A DNA stretch of 64,000 nucleotides from Bispira polyomma. Taxonomy: Eukaryota. The DNA is taken from positions 19,964,001-20,028,000 of the forward strand of contig OZ287752.1 in the NCBI GenBank assembly GCA_965649765.1, read 5' to 3'. Under the pieces are notes generated by a model. That model worked only from the letters and a program-made list of their open reading frames with translations, was not told the DNA's origin and searched no databases. The position numbers were made by a program, and so were the translations under genes. Below, in pieces: positions 39,120 to 51,899 of this stretch. Position 1 is the first letter of the stretch, and the number at the start of each line of letters is the position of its first letter.

Positions 39120-39599
39120 TGATGCGTTCACATTGTCCAAGTTCACGCCCTGGCATTGCCGTGTATTCAAGACCTGAAGAACTTGGCTTATCGGGAGAAA
39201 AAAGGCGGGAAAATGTTCATTTGCATATTCATATATTTTCATACCCCGTTTATGGCCCGTTTATGCCTAGTTTATGTAATGTTTTTTTCCAGTTCTCTCT
39301 AGTTCTGACAAGATCAAAGTTCTAAGCAGTTTAAGCCCATTTTAGCCTCATTTTAGCTCCCTTTATGCCCCGTTTATGCCATTTTCTTCAGTTTATTCAA
39401 GATGTGCTTTCAAAGCCGTCCTCCCACGGAAGTTTTGAACATGTTCAAAATATCCGGCTGTAGCTCCTGTTTTGCCGGTTCGCCCAAGTTCTACCCCCGT
39501 TTAAGCCCCCAGTTCTCATATGTTTATTCAAGTTCTCACACGTTCTCAGAACGTGGACCGAGAACGGGGACTGAGAACGTGGACAGTGTGTACGCTACT
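39120..39599. mobile_element. PIF/Harbinger-like MITE
   Basis: TAA on both sides. Imperfect TIRs tgatgcgttcacattgtcc / ggacagtgtgtacgctact. Confidence 0.7.
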
Positions 39600-40835
39600 T
39601 AAGCTTGTCCTGCTTTACAAATGATATTTTTTACTTTAACTATGTTCTATGTGTAATGTAAATGTTTCAGGTTACAAGCTCTTCTAATTTGTCAACAAAT
39701 TCTGCTAATATGAGTTAATTGTCAAGCACAATAACATCTTATATCACAAAACATATCTGACACTGCTACCATGGTATACAACATATGCCAGCAGGGTTTA
39801 AAGGGTAGTATATGTATTATCCTTTATGTTTTCATAGATTTTCTTGCTAATTGGTTGGCGATATCGGGGGACAGACAGAACAAACCGGGACAAAACTAAC
39901 CAGACCTAAAACAAAATGTATCAAGATTTTAAAGCCAGCTAAAAAAGACATGTGCAATGACATTTTAAAAGCTCTTTTAGTAATATTTTAATAATATGTT
40001 AAAAGTACATTTAAAAGGAATTTCAATTGTAATAGCCCTTTTAACAGAAGAAACACTGCTCCCCCAAGAGTACATTTGAAAGAGAAAAAAGTGGTGGGAA
40101 GTTTATGTGAACATTTTTGTAATGACTTTAATTGCAATGGAGATTTTAGTAAAAAAAAAGCTGTCCTGTAAAGATGATTTGCAATGTTCACACATCATTT
40201 GATTGCAATGAGCATCCTCACACTAAAACCTCAGTACAAAATGGGCTTGATTTTAAAGGGACTACCAATGGGTATGACTTTAAGATGTAAAATACAAAAT
40301 ATTTTCTACTGAAAATTTAAATCTTGGTACATGACTTAAATACTAAATATTTTCTCTAAAAATAGTAGTTACATTAAATTTTAGTGAAAAAATTTAAATC
40401 TTGTTACATTTTGGCCCAGTTAATTTTGTCTCAGTTCGTTTTCTCCCAGTTTATTTTGTCCTAACACCCAGCGATATCAGGGTCAATTTTTCTGGGCATT
40501 AATAAAAAGGCTGAACATTTATTTGGATTATTAATGGCCAGTTCAAAATAAAAGAAAAGGCATTTTAGTATGAGGCAGCAGGAAATTACAAATTTTTAAA
40601 GATTCAAAGTATGTTCATTAAATCCAATATTTGGATAACAAAAATACGAAAAAAAGTGGTTGCACTATTTATGTATGATTTTCCATCTTGTGTACTGTTT
40701 CAATATCTGTCTAGGTAGCCATTCAATCACCAGAATAAAATTGATGTGTTGTGTTAAAATGCCTTTATCTACAAAAAGCCAGATGGTCAGTTCTGTGCCA
40801 CTAGGAATTTGTGCTCCACGTGAGTCATTAAAAAT

Positions 40836-41033
40836 TGTGTAGTAACACATACTTACCTCCCATCTCTGGGGTCGTGGGGTTTAAATCTCGTCCCTAGCGT
40901 GTATGTTGGCAGTCGACCTTTTTTTTAAGGTTTGTGGTTTGCATAGCAGAGAACCTTGACTAACTATCCTGCTTTGACTTCCTCCACCAGTGAATGCCTG
41001 TCATGATATGAAAGAACCATTAACACTAAACAT
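40836..41033 (+). mobile_element. Degenerate copy of the 15122 SINE
   Basis: gtgtagtaacac...ctctggggtcgtggggtttaaatctcg...gttggcag...ttcctccaccagtgaa. Confidence 0.65.
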
Positions 41034-41060
41034 ATTTAACTTAGAATATTTTATCTGTAG

Positions 41061-41234
41061 ATTGTGACTGTGACTGTGACTGTACCTGTGACTGTTGTAC
41101 CTATGCCTCTGGACTCTTCTATGGCCCTGGTATCAGCGTGCCACTCGGCCAAATGTTTACTCTGACTATTCTATGCCTAGTCTGGACTGGTGTGCTGTGT
41201 GCTACGTGGCAATGTGTCAAGAGATGTAGTAAGA
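41061..41234 (+). CDS. Exon 11, 174 nt, phase 1-1: Cys cluster plus TM1 (DCDCDCDCTCDCCTYASGLFYGPGISVPLGQMFTLTILCLVWTGVLCATWQCVKRCSK)
   Basis: ttatctgtag| ... |gtaagt. Open over 58 codons, GC-richer than the introns, with a hydrophobic stretch followed by basic residues. Confidence 0.85.
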
Positions 41235-41937
41235 GTAAGTATATTAGCAATTAAAGCTAAAATTCTCATCACCGATAAACCATTACAATATCTGGTCAAT
41301 TAGCATCAATAGTCACATTATTTATCCATACACACTATATTAATCAAATTATAATGTAGAAATAAAGTTCAAGTGTGGGTACTTTATTGGTGAATCAAGG
41401 ACTGACTTACGGCAGAATAATGAATGAGGGCCGGTAGAAAGACTGAAAAGCAAAAAATAAGATATTTTCCAACTTACTGTGAACTATTTTTGTTGCTACT
41501 GACGGAACTATTTATCCGTGATCTATTCTCCCAGATAAAGTACGGTTACGAATTGCGCACTGACGGCTTTTGTCATTTGACGTTTTGACACACATCACCA
41601 TATTTATGACATTCGCTTCATCTAGATATCAAAACCAGTTCATATCCATGTCAGTATTTCACTGCAATGCATTTGTATGTCATAGGTACATAACAGTAAA
41701 GTTATTTGTGTTTTGAAACATAATTATATGCTTGGAAGTTTTGAATTCCTGGGAGACAATAGTAAATTAAAGGGAAATTACTCAGTTTGTTTAATATGTG
41801 TTATAAATTACTCCACCGGTTTTAAGATTTCTTAGTTATTTAACTTATATATATATAAATTATATTATTATTCTTGCATAAAGAAACACAGTATTGAGTA
41901 TATTATTAACCTTTAATGTATTCCATTGACTTTCCAG

Positions 41938-42081
41938 AAAACAGGATGTTTCAGCTAAAGGTCCAGTCAGTGATACATTGCATAGTAATTACATTCTCGT
42001 TTTCCTGCTTAATCGCCATTGGTGTATGCTATGGGAGAAATCAGAATCAACACTGTGACTGTTGTAACTGTGACTGTAACT
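41938..42081 (+). CDS. Exon 12, 144 nt, phase 1-1: TM2 plus second Cys cluster (KNRMFQLKVQSVIHCIVITFSFSCLIAIGVCYGRNQNQHCDCCNCDCN)
   Basis: actttccag| ... |gtaagc. Lies within ORF-track ORF 41916-42098. Confidence 0.85.
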
Positions 42082-42759
42082 GTAAGCTCAATCCTTGAAA
42101 TAATTTATATTACTTCTAAATGTATATTTTTACCTACTTTATATTATGGGGTTCAGAGAGTAGATATTCACCTGTGTGACTGTTTTGTGTCCATATTTTC
42201 CAAGTTTTCTCAGATTCAGCCTAATTTTCAACTCAAAATCTTTGGTCCCCACTTTTGACACAATGAAGAGAAATACACAGAACACACTCATGGTTATAAA
42301 TTTAAACTATGAGAGTTTTTACACAAATTGTAACTATGTAGACCATATAACCAACAAATTATTTCAATGTCAGTCCAGACCTAACTTTCCAACATAGGTG
42401 GCTTCTTATAAAATTCTATCACATTGTACAATGATAACCAGCCCCGCATCAATTAGTCTTTATCAGAACACCTACATCCTATCAGACACACAAATAACTC
42501 TACCCTGCCGAGCCTAACGGAAGAGTAACACAAGGAGATTATAATTTAATGAGTTTTATTTTGCTGGCCGAACTGGTTAAACTGTATTGACCTGTTTCCA
42601 TAAAGAATTATTAGAATGAAATGAGAAGTGCTTTGGCAAACTACATGTATATCTTAAAAACAAATTATCTTCCCTTATTGATGGATGGGCTTGATATGTA
42701 TGGATGATGTGCACATTTGTATGAAAACCTTACTTAATAGAGTTTTACCGGCTTTCTAG

Positions 42760-42867
42760 GTGAAGATAAGACACCGGCGTACATAGTGATAGTACCAACT
42801 CTCATTTTAACCGTCTACATCATTGGATTGATTCTGGTGATCCTATGTGTGCCGAAATACATCAAAG
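42760..42867 (+). CDS. Exon 13, 108 nt, phase 1-1: TM3 (CEDKTPAYIVIVPTLILTVYIIGLILVILCVPKYIK)
   Basis: gctttctag| ... AAAG|gttggt. The T|GT junction completes a Cys of the cluster. Strongly hydrophobic stretch of more than 20 aa. Confidence 0.85.
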
Positions 42868-45400
42868 GTTGGTAACAATTTCTATATCCTTCCCTTATAT
42901 GAATAAAAGTGTACATCATACTAAGCATTCCATGAATTTCATCACAAACGTTGGTATTCTATTATCATTATATAGCGCCCTATTGACATAGCATTGTCTA
43001 AGGTGTTCATTCTCGAAAATGATGGTCTTACGACATAGCCCAGGTTGTTATCAGTAGGAGATGGCTTGTGTTCACATCTAGTCCAATTATGTCATCCCAC
43101 ACACCAATTAAGCTAGTGGTATTATCATGCATCGAACCGTAGACCTTTGGATCACCAGACCACCTCTCTCATCTGTGAATCAAATTGGGGACCTCCTGAT
43201 CACCAGACCAACTCCCTGATCACTGTGGGAGACCATGATCTGCATTCCAACCTGTTGAATACACTTTCTATTATGCAGCCAATCAATTAGTTTTGGTGTG
43301 ATGTCCTTACCTCCACCAGGCTGTTAGACAGAAAAAGCAGGACAGTTCGGCATCTTGCTTCACTGTTGTCACCACAGTCTCTCGGGACCATCTTCTATGA
43401 GTAATTGTTTGTAGTTTTGAATTAATTAATATAAGACAAGAGAGTTCTTATTATCTTATTTCAACTTGTATTATATATATTGTAGTACTGTTCACAATGA
43501 CTACTTCTTTAGAACTGGGGAGTTTTCCCTACATATTTTGTAACCAGGTCTCAGGACCCTTTGACCCCATACACATGTTATTATCTATTAATCTGCCAAG
43601 GTGTTGACAGCTTTACCCAAACAATCTGATTACCTACTAGCCTTTCATTAGGCTCTTCTGAACCCTTTAACAGTAATCATACCAGAACTTGTAACAGCAA
43701 CCTTGAATGTTTCTATTTTATATATATTGTAATTTTTTGGGTATTATCGCTCATGGAAGATCTATTGACATCAGCATTGCTTTTTACATCTAAATATTAT
43801 GTATATGTAACATGACCTTTCACCTTTTGCTGCACTCTTGGATTTCTACATCTTCAGTGCTTCTCTCTATATTTTGGGGGTTTCTGTTTAATTAAGCAGT
43901 GGTCAAGTACTTATCTTGACTAGTTACACTTATATATGATGTATCCATGTCTTTTGGTAAAAAATAAAAACAGAAAATTGACAAATGGTAATAATTGGTG
44001 TGACAAGTTAATTAAGCTTCACCCACAGGAGCACAGCTAGTGTAGAAGCTAGTACACCTAGACGTACCAATTTCATGACAGAAAAAAAAATAATAAAAAA
44101 CAAAAAATAAATTTAATGACCGAATGACCCCCTCTCCCACAAACGAATCGAATTTATGTTAGCACATAAAAAAACATAAGCTTTGGATTAATTGGTGAGT
44201 ACCAAATGAAAAATCCTAGCTACTCCCATGACACAGACAAAGCTTTGAAATTAAATTTTTTCAGTGTGTGATAGCTTATTATATCTGTGCATTAACTAGC
44301 TATACTGCTCTGTAATCATGAGTAATCAAGTATAATGTATTTAATGAATATAAGTACAAACAATAGAACCTCTATTGTTTGAACAATAGAAGGTTAAAAA
44401 AAAAGGAGGAATTTCTGTCTAAAACAACAGAAAGACAGATGTTTGGGGGGGGGGGGGTGTTTGGGGGAGGGGGGCGGTGGAAACTAGTTCATAAAATTAA
44501 ATATTTGGATAACAGAAGTTTGGATAATACAGGTTCACTGTTTTAGTTTAACTGATTTGCTATATGTGGAAATCTATCAAATATTGGGTTTGGTTCAGGC
44601 TTTGTGGCAGATTATTTTATTAGTCACAGACAAGGTGCTATATTCACAAAAGCACTGACTTAAGTTAAATTATGTGTGTTTTATTTCTACTAGATTTGAG
44701 ACTAAATCCAGACTTAGGCCTGTTGCGAACATGGTGTCTGTAGTAAAACTGATTAACATAACTACCACACTTTCACAGAACCTAGATTTGTTATTGTATT
44801 GTTAATAATGGTTATGTAATAACAATTTGTAGTAAATGTGTGTATCAACATAATATGGTCCATATAATAATTATGTAGATGTTTAAATTTGATAATACAT
44901 TCTTGGTGAAATGATTCATTCAGTTATCCCACAGAATGTCTATTTTTTGTGAAAAATTTTTTTGTAGTCATACCATTCATTATCAGTCCGTTCATAATTA
45001 TTCATAATGTATTAATTATAAAATATTCGTTATGTTCATAGTATATTTCTTTTATGAATAATTTGTTAATGTTTCGTAAATATTCATAATGAACAAATGG
45101 TCATTAATTCATAAATAATGTTATGAATTTCCTTATGAATGTTGTTATAAATATATTAGAAATATTATTCATAGGAATTTTATTTTGACAGGGTGCTTAG
45201 ACTTTTTTAGTTTGTGCTTATATCAGTGACTGGAGTTAATTATTTTAATGTTTTTGTACAGTACATTAATGTCATTTGCTCTGTACATAAGAATTAACTT
45301 GTGCATTTAGTTATTTTAATGTTCGAATAAAATAATAATAATAATAGAATAAATACACTTACTTTTGCATTTTTTTTTTTATATTTGTGTATGTACAAAG

Positions 45401-45473
45401 AAGGGACAGATGAATCCAGTGGAGGTGCTGGAAACAGTGTTAGCAGGAGCAATAACGAAACTGGAAATTCCAG
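45401..45473 (+). CDS. Exon 14, 73 nt, phase 1 to 2: low-complexity tail (EGTDESSGGAGNSVSRSNNETGNS)
   Basis: T-rich tract then acaaag| ... TCCAG|gtaaag. In frame with exon 13. An alternative in-frame acceptor exists at 45410. Confidence 0.7.
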
Positions 45474-46343
45474 GTAAAGCTTTGAAATTAATGTACATGT
45501 ACATACATATATACATGATGTGTACTGCATTTGTTATGGTAATTTATATTCACTTCACTGTTCACATTTTCATGTGCCACAAAGGTTTTCTAAATCTTAG
45601 CCAGGTTTTTGTATAAAGAATCCATGTAAACCATGTTCTAAAAATGACAGTTGAAGTGTGTCTTCTGTTGAGAAAATGCAGGATGGCCTTCAAAATTTAA
45701 AATAAATGAATTGGAAAATCCATGTAGTACAGATATTAAAGAATCTATGAAGCAATATCACTTGACTAAGTGGAAAGTTTACATTTGGTGCTGACCGTAG
45801 GGCGGTAGCTCTATTTAGTCTAATTCACAGATATAATGCTATGATGATGGCTGTGAGGTTACTCCATCCTGATGATAATTTATAGGATATTGTACCCACA
45901 TGGAAATGACCATTATTGAAATATTAAAAACCTGAATATCCAAATATTTAGTGAATATGAATTATACTGTGTACATAATGTTTTTCTTCAATATCTAATG
46001 TAAGTTATTAGACTAAACTCATTTTATAGCAAATTGGTTGTTTATAATCACCTAATTCTTTTTTGTTATGTTGTACTCAAGTTTTGTTCACCTAATTGTT
46101 TTTAATTTTTCACAACTTTCATGTTTTTTTACATACTACTGATAGATACTGTCAACAAAAAGGACTTTTGTATAGATTTATTTAAAATACATGTATTGGA
46201 GCAGATTTAGTTGAAATGCACTTTCTTGCACTGTGATTATTTAAAAAAATATGTGGGTGACATAATAAGGAATCTAGATCCAGCCTTCTTTATCATAGGT
46301 TTCACTGAAATATAGGTATGAGTAATAAAACATTATCATTCAC

Positions 46344-47510
46344 TGTATCCACCAGACAACTCCGGTGAATACTTTGGATTAGTCATTGTTACGCCGCCGC
46401 CGTGTCAGTGTGTGTAGAGATTTTACCGTTACCACTCTCCTAGGAAAACTTTTACACTTAGGCTCCTCAAATTCACAGCAAATGTTCTTTATTACAAAAG
46501 TATGCCTATGAGTAATTTTGGCCTCATTTTGAAGAACAAGATGGCTGCCACGGGTGTTTCTTTGAAAATAATCAGGCTTTTAACTGTTTTTTAGCTGTAG
46601 AAGATTGAATCTCTTTATGGGTGATATGGTTAATGGATATATATGCTCTGTATAAGCATGCACACATTTGACCTTGAATCTCCTTATTCAAGGTCATCGA
46701 CAGAGTGCCCAAGTACCCCAAGTTACCGATTTTAGCCAAACTTTCCCTAGTGCCTATATCTCGCTTAATATTGGTCCTAGAGGTTTGGGATCTGAAACAA
46801 GCCTATAGGAAATCATGGGCTGGGAATCTCTTCATGTGGTCCGATTTGACCTTGGGCCCCTCGTTCAAGGTTTAATGCGGATGGTCAAACTTAAAAGTGG
46901 CTATATCTCACATAATATTGGTCCTACAGGTTTTGGATCTGAAACAAACCTATAGGAAATCATGAGCAGGGAATCCTTTGATGTACTCACATTTGACCTT
47001 GGGCCCCTTGTTCAAGGTCAAATGCAGATGGCCAAACTTAAACGTGCCTATATCTAGCTTATTATTGGTCTTACAAGTTTTGAATATGAAACCAACCTGT
47101 ATGAAATCAAGGCCTGGGAATCTTTTGATGTGGTCCAATTTGACCTTTGACCCCTTCGTTCGAGGTCAGTCTTGGTGAGACTTAAAAGTGCCTATATCTA
47201 ACCTATACTAAATCATGGGCTGCTAATCTTTTGCTGTGGTCAGATTTGACCTTGGATCCCTCGTGCAAGGTCAAACGGGTAGGCCAAACTCTAATGTGCT
47301 TATCTCACACTTATTGGTCCCACATGTTTGCAATGTGAAACCCACTTGTGCGATTTAAGGCTTTAGCATAAATGCCCTATAGGAAATCATAGGCTCCTAG
47401 CTTGGGTGCTAGCTAGGGTGCTTGCTACCTAAGGTGCTTGCTACCTAGGGTGCTTTGTCTTTCTGGTGGATACAAATATGCATCGGTTCTCTGATGCACT
47501 AGGTCTAGTT
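46344..47510 (+). mobile_element. HINE-like family A copy 3 (closest to copy 1)
   Basis: subTIR tgtatccacc ... ggtggataca, (gcc)n, about 4-5 monomers, 3' hairpin tgcatcggttctctgatgca and ctagtt. Confidence 0.8.
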
Positions 47511-48219
47511 TTACTTTGTTTTTATAAGTTTCAATTTATTTATTCTTTGAGCATTGTTAATCCCATGGTATTTCTTTTATTTTTATAACTGGTTTGGTGA
47601 TCAACTAAATGTGTAAAAAGAACCTTTTATGTTGGTGATATCTATCTACACTGTATATTATAGTTGGAGAAGTGTTTTAGAGATGCATGTAAATATAATA
47701 TATCCGTCTGTAAAGATACAGTTATGAACTTTGAACTATATAGTAAAAAACATATACTACATGTTTACCTTTTGAAACACGTCAAAGATATTATTTGCAT
47801 TCTTTTATCTTTATTATTTAACAGAACTATCTTGTTGTACTCTGTTCTTATGCAAACTGGGAATCTAATAGGTCATATCACAAGATCAGTATAATGTATA
47901 TACTATACTTTCTTTGTACAACCCATGGGCTATTAACTTAATATGGAAGGTCTCTTACAATAGTGTGGCTTTCTGCTTAAAATTAAACTTGTATTTATAG
48001 AGTGTTGGGGGTGGGCTGTTAATGAAAAGTGGGGTTTTTTGAAAGCTTTTCCTGTATATATATTACGGCTATATATAAATGAGCCAAACATGCTCAACAA
48101 TCAAATTCAAACTTCAATGAAAGTTACTTATTTTATGCACTAATTAATCATGCTGTATTCTATAAGACATGTAAGTAAATAAAGGTAACAGCCTCAATTT
48201 CAAATAACAAAACTTGTAG

Positions 48220-48296
48220 TAAATGTGGCAAATATTTTCTGAAGAAGTTAGAAGACGGTGAAAACGAACCAGAATTGTCATCACTGCAAAAATAAG
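48220..48296 (+). CDS. Candidate alternative terminal coding exon (SKCGKYFLKKLEDGENEPELSSLQK*)
   Basis: aacttgtag|T AAA TGT... TAA G|gtaatg. The phase-2 start fits exon 14. The polypyrimidine tract is weak. Confidence 0.4.
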
Positions 48297-50619
48297 GTAA
48301 TGTGTTACATTATTTTAGTTTTTATTGAAAAAATCTTTAAGCCATTTAATCTGTATTTTTCAACAATAAATCACACTTACATCGAAACTAAATCAAATTA
48401 AATGAAAAATTGGAAAACAAATGTGGTCTCCAATATATGGGGGAAACTAAAAAGCTGAAAAAAGGAATTTGTCCCCCAAAGAGTTTTACCAAAAATAACA
48501 ACGTGGACAAATTTGTCCCTCTAACTTTTACCAAAAGTTTCACCTTATTGACATTTTAGTGCTGTTTCTTCTTGTCTAACTAATAGCTTTGTTTTTCCAT
48601 TGGTTATATGGGGAGGTACATCACTCGTTGTTACAGACATGTTAAATTCAGTACACTAGTAAAGTTATTGAAGAATGCAAATAATATATTGATAACTTTT
48701 TTGCCATGGTTCTGAAAGACTAACATTAAAACTGTAGACATTGACAAATGTAGTATACCTGTATATAATTAGGTATGACTTTTCTGTGTTTATATGTTTC
48801 TAACACAATATTTACTTGCCTGCTTTAGTTATTAATTTTGCAATTATTAAGTAAATAAATGTATATACAAATTATGTGATTATCCAACTTTTGTGTGAAT
48901 TTGATTGGGTAGAGCTACAGATTGTGTGATCTATAGGAATTCTGTTGTTTAAGTACCGGTAGTAAAACTAAAATATAAACCTACAAAAAGAAAAGAGGAT
49001 TATGGGCTAAATTTCATATGATTACAAGGTCAAAGGTTAAACTAAGGTCAATTTTTTATAATGCACACTCACATGCATGAGTGTTTCTTTTGTCCTATGA
49101 ACCCTTTCAAGATAACGATCACAACAGAAATCTCAAAGGTCGAAATGTATGCAATTACCAACAAAAATTTTGTATCATTTGTTTAAAATCTAGTACTGGA
49201 ACATTGGACAAACTGACCAAACGTTATTCATCAGAATATAACAAAGATATATTTTTAAAGCTAAGATGTTTGATTATATTGATAAATAATAAAATTTAAC
49301 TGTATATGGCTAATGTAGTGCTGTAAAGTATGGTGTGTAATTGTTGGACATAGAACAATCTTTAACATGTAGTTTTTGTGTTAGCTGAGGTAGTTACAAC
49401 AAAAGTACAGAATTCACTTATGACAAAAGATTTTTTTTCTGGAAAAAGAAACTTATATACTGCACTCTAGAATCTGATTGAGTAGTGATTTACTTACAAA
49501 AAAATATAAATAAATAGCTTTCGGAAGGAGAATAATATCATATAAATATGAGCAATAACAGTCTTAATAGTAATAAATATTTAACTATTAATTCTGCACT
49601 ATTTGTATGTTTAACTCAGAGAAAGGACAAATAACTAGATTTGTAGATGTCCGTATGCTAAGGCTCAACCACATTAAAGATAAAATCTGCCGTTTTTTGA
49701 GCTCTGTCTCTTACTTAAAATGCAAGTTTCAATTTTATTGTAGTTGTATGTGTCACCAACAGAAGCAGTGAAACCAGTTTCTGTTTTAACACTTATAGTT
49801 ATACTTGCAGTGAAACTAATTTTTATTTATACACAGTTATACTTATCTATAAGTTATAAGTGAATTCTTCTTTTATTCCTCTTATTTGCACTGTATGTAT
49901 CAATGGACAAGTGTTTCTCTGTTATCATTTCAGCCCCAATGGTGCAAATGTAAATTAACAGAAATGAGATATACATCACACAACAGAGAACATATCTGAG
50001 GATTAACATAACAATATACAGCTGAGGACTGTAAATTTTAATAAAAGGAGCACCTGTTTTTAATTCTGTATTAATACGTTTGTGACAAGTTGATGTTTTT
50101 GAATTTGATATGATAAATTTTAATTAGTGCTCACAAAGTGGGAAACTTGGGAAACAATTATGCATTATAAAGTTTTGTACAATATAAATTTTTAGTTTTA
50201 GTTTATATATGCTTTGTGATGTGAAGGCAGTAATATACATTTTTAAACTTATTCTACTCAGCATATGTATTCAAAAATATATTTTCAAAACTATTTTTGT
50301 TTACAAGTTCTGCAATATTGTAATAGTTTAAAGTGATTTTTTTGGCATTTGAAAAAGCAATAAAGTTCACAGTCAAAACTTGACAAAAATATTCATAAGA
50401 TATCTTTTTTAAAAGTTTCCATAGGCTATATATTATATTCATGAGATATTTTTTTAAAAGTTTCCATATTCTATGTAAATATATTTTATTACTAAATGCT
50501 GTTTGTTGTTAAACTAATAATAATTTCAGATTTTTTCTGTTTTTTTTTACAAGTTTCCTCTTGTCCTAAATACAACGCCTTAATAAGGGTAAACGGTTCC
50601 ATATCATTTGACGTTTCAG

Positions 50620-50710
50620 TGAAGTGAAACATCATGACCTACCAAAAGGAGTGACGGTGACAGATCCCATGACCCCTCGCAAACTACCACCTATAGGTCG
50701 AAAGTATTAA
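50620..50710 (+). CDS. Last coding exon: (S)EVKHHDLPKGVTVTDPMTPRKLPPIGRKY*
   Basis: gacgtttcag|T GAA GTG ... TAT TAA. The phase-2 start fits exon 14. GC-richer island followed by AT-rich putative 3' UTR, with aataaa at 51101. Confidence 0.7.
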
Positions 50711-51899
50711 CTAAAGGTGATGCTAATATAAAGAAAATGTTTCAAAATTACCAAGATTTCTGATTGTTTCACTGTTTGTAGAAATGCCTCTATTCAAGAT
50801 TATGATGTGAATATTAGAGATGTCACACTCGTGATAGAATATGATAATTAATGACATAGACATGCATGTTGCTTATATGTATATTAAATGGAAATGTTTA
50901 TGTGTGAACTATTTTAACTATCAATATATGATGTGTGTTTAAACTGTAACTTGCCTACTGTTTGGATTTTGCTTTGTTTTGTTTTAATATCTGAGAAAAC
51001 CTTGCGTGTCGTCCCCTTGAAAAGTTTACAGTGATGGGGCAGGTTAAGAACAGACAAATTTAAAGCTGATCATGCAAAGTGGTATATAGCTTTTGAAGTG
51101 AATAAAGTACTGTCCGACATAACAAGAGTTTATTATACCTATCAGAATATACATGTGGACATTAAATAATTTTGATAATAATTAGTAAACATTAAAATAT
51201 ATTCACTTCTGGAGTTATATATGGTGAGATAATCAAATACATAATTAAACATCTCTTGAAAAAAGGGCCCTTATTAGCTCTTGGGTCAGGTTTTTTTGCA
51301 ACTGTAGCCGCATTATGGTCTTTCTTTAATATCTCCTTTAATATTATTGATATCAAAATGATTTTTCGCAGTTAGCTTCTCTAGCTTTGGTCACAAAAAC
51401 AAAATTTTATCCACACTTGCTTGTAACAGCTTTTTTCAGAAAGTATTCTTTGTAGCCCAACCAAATTGTGTTACTGACAGTAACATCGTAATTTTTAGGT
51501 CAATCAGGTAAACGACTGACGAGTCATTGATTGAGTGCTGCAAAATACATTAAAATTAACTCCTTCTGGTTCATATTTTATGTGTAAAAAAGAAATGTAA
51601 ATATGATGGGTGGATGCACTGATACGTAAATATGCACCTTATGTTTAAGGTTACCATAAAATAATTCAAAAGAAAGCTACAGTTTTTTTTTTCTGTGTGA
51701 TGCAATAAAATCTTATTAATGTTAATACAATTATTAAACTTTGTGTCAATAAATACTTCCATGTCTTTTCAATTGGCTTAATCTAATTTGTATAATTTAT
51801 GTAAAAGGTTATTCAAGGAGGTGTCTAATCTGTATCCCTATTCACAAAACTTTAAAGCTAAGACTGTCTATCCTTATTGTCTATCACATGCGTATATTA

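Noticed and set aside
39671-39718. Ser/Asn-rich segment after an acceptor-like tttcag (VTSSSNLSTNSANMS*)
   Set aside because: Open only in phase 0, stops in the array's phase 1, and has no convincing donor.
41061-42084. Metallothionein gene
   Set aside because: The Cys clusters are short and embedded in a membrane protein frame with a mucin stalk.
41061-42867. Ctr1/SLC31 copper transporter (3 TM, N-out, metal-binding N-terminus)
   Set aside because: No MxxxM in TM2, no GxxxG in TM3, and the TM1-TM2 loop is very short.
45365-45616. ORF-track frame MNPVEVLETVLAGAITKLEIPG as the coding frame
   Set aside because: It requires phase 0 entry and phase 1 exit, which do not fit exon 13 (phase 1) or the last exon (phase 2). 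The alternative frame fits both.
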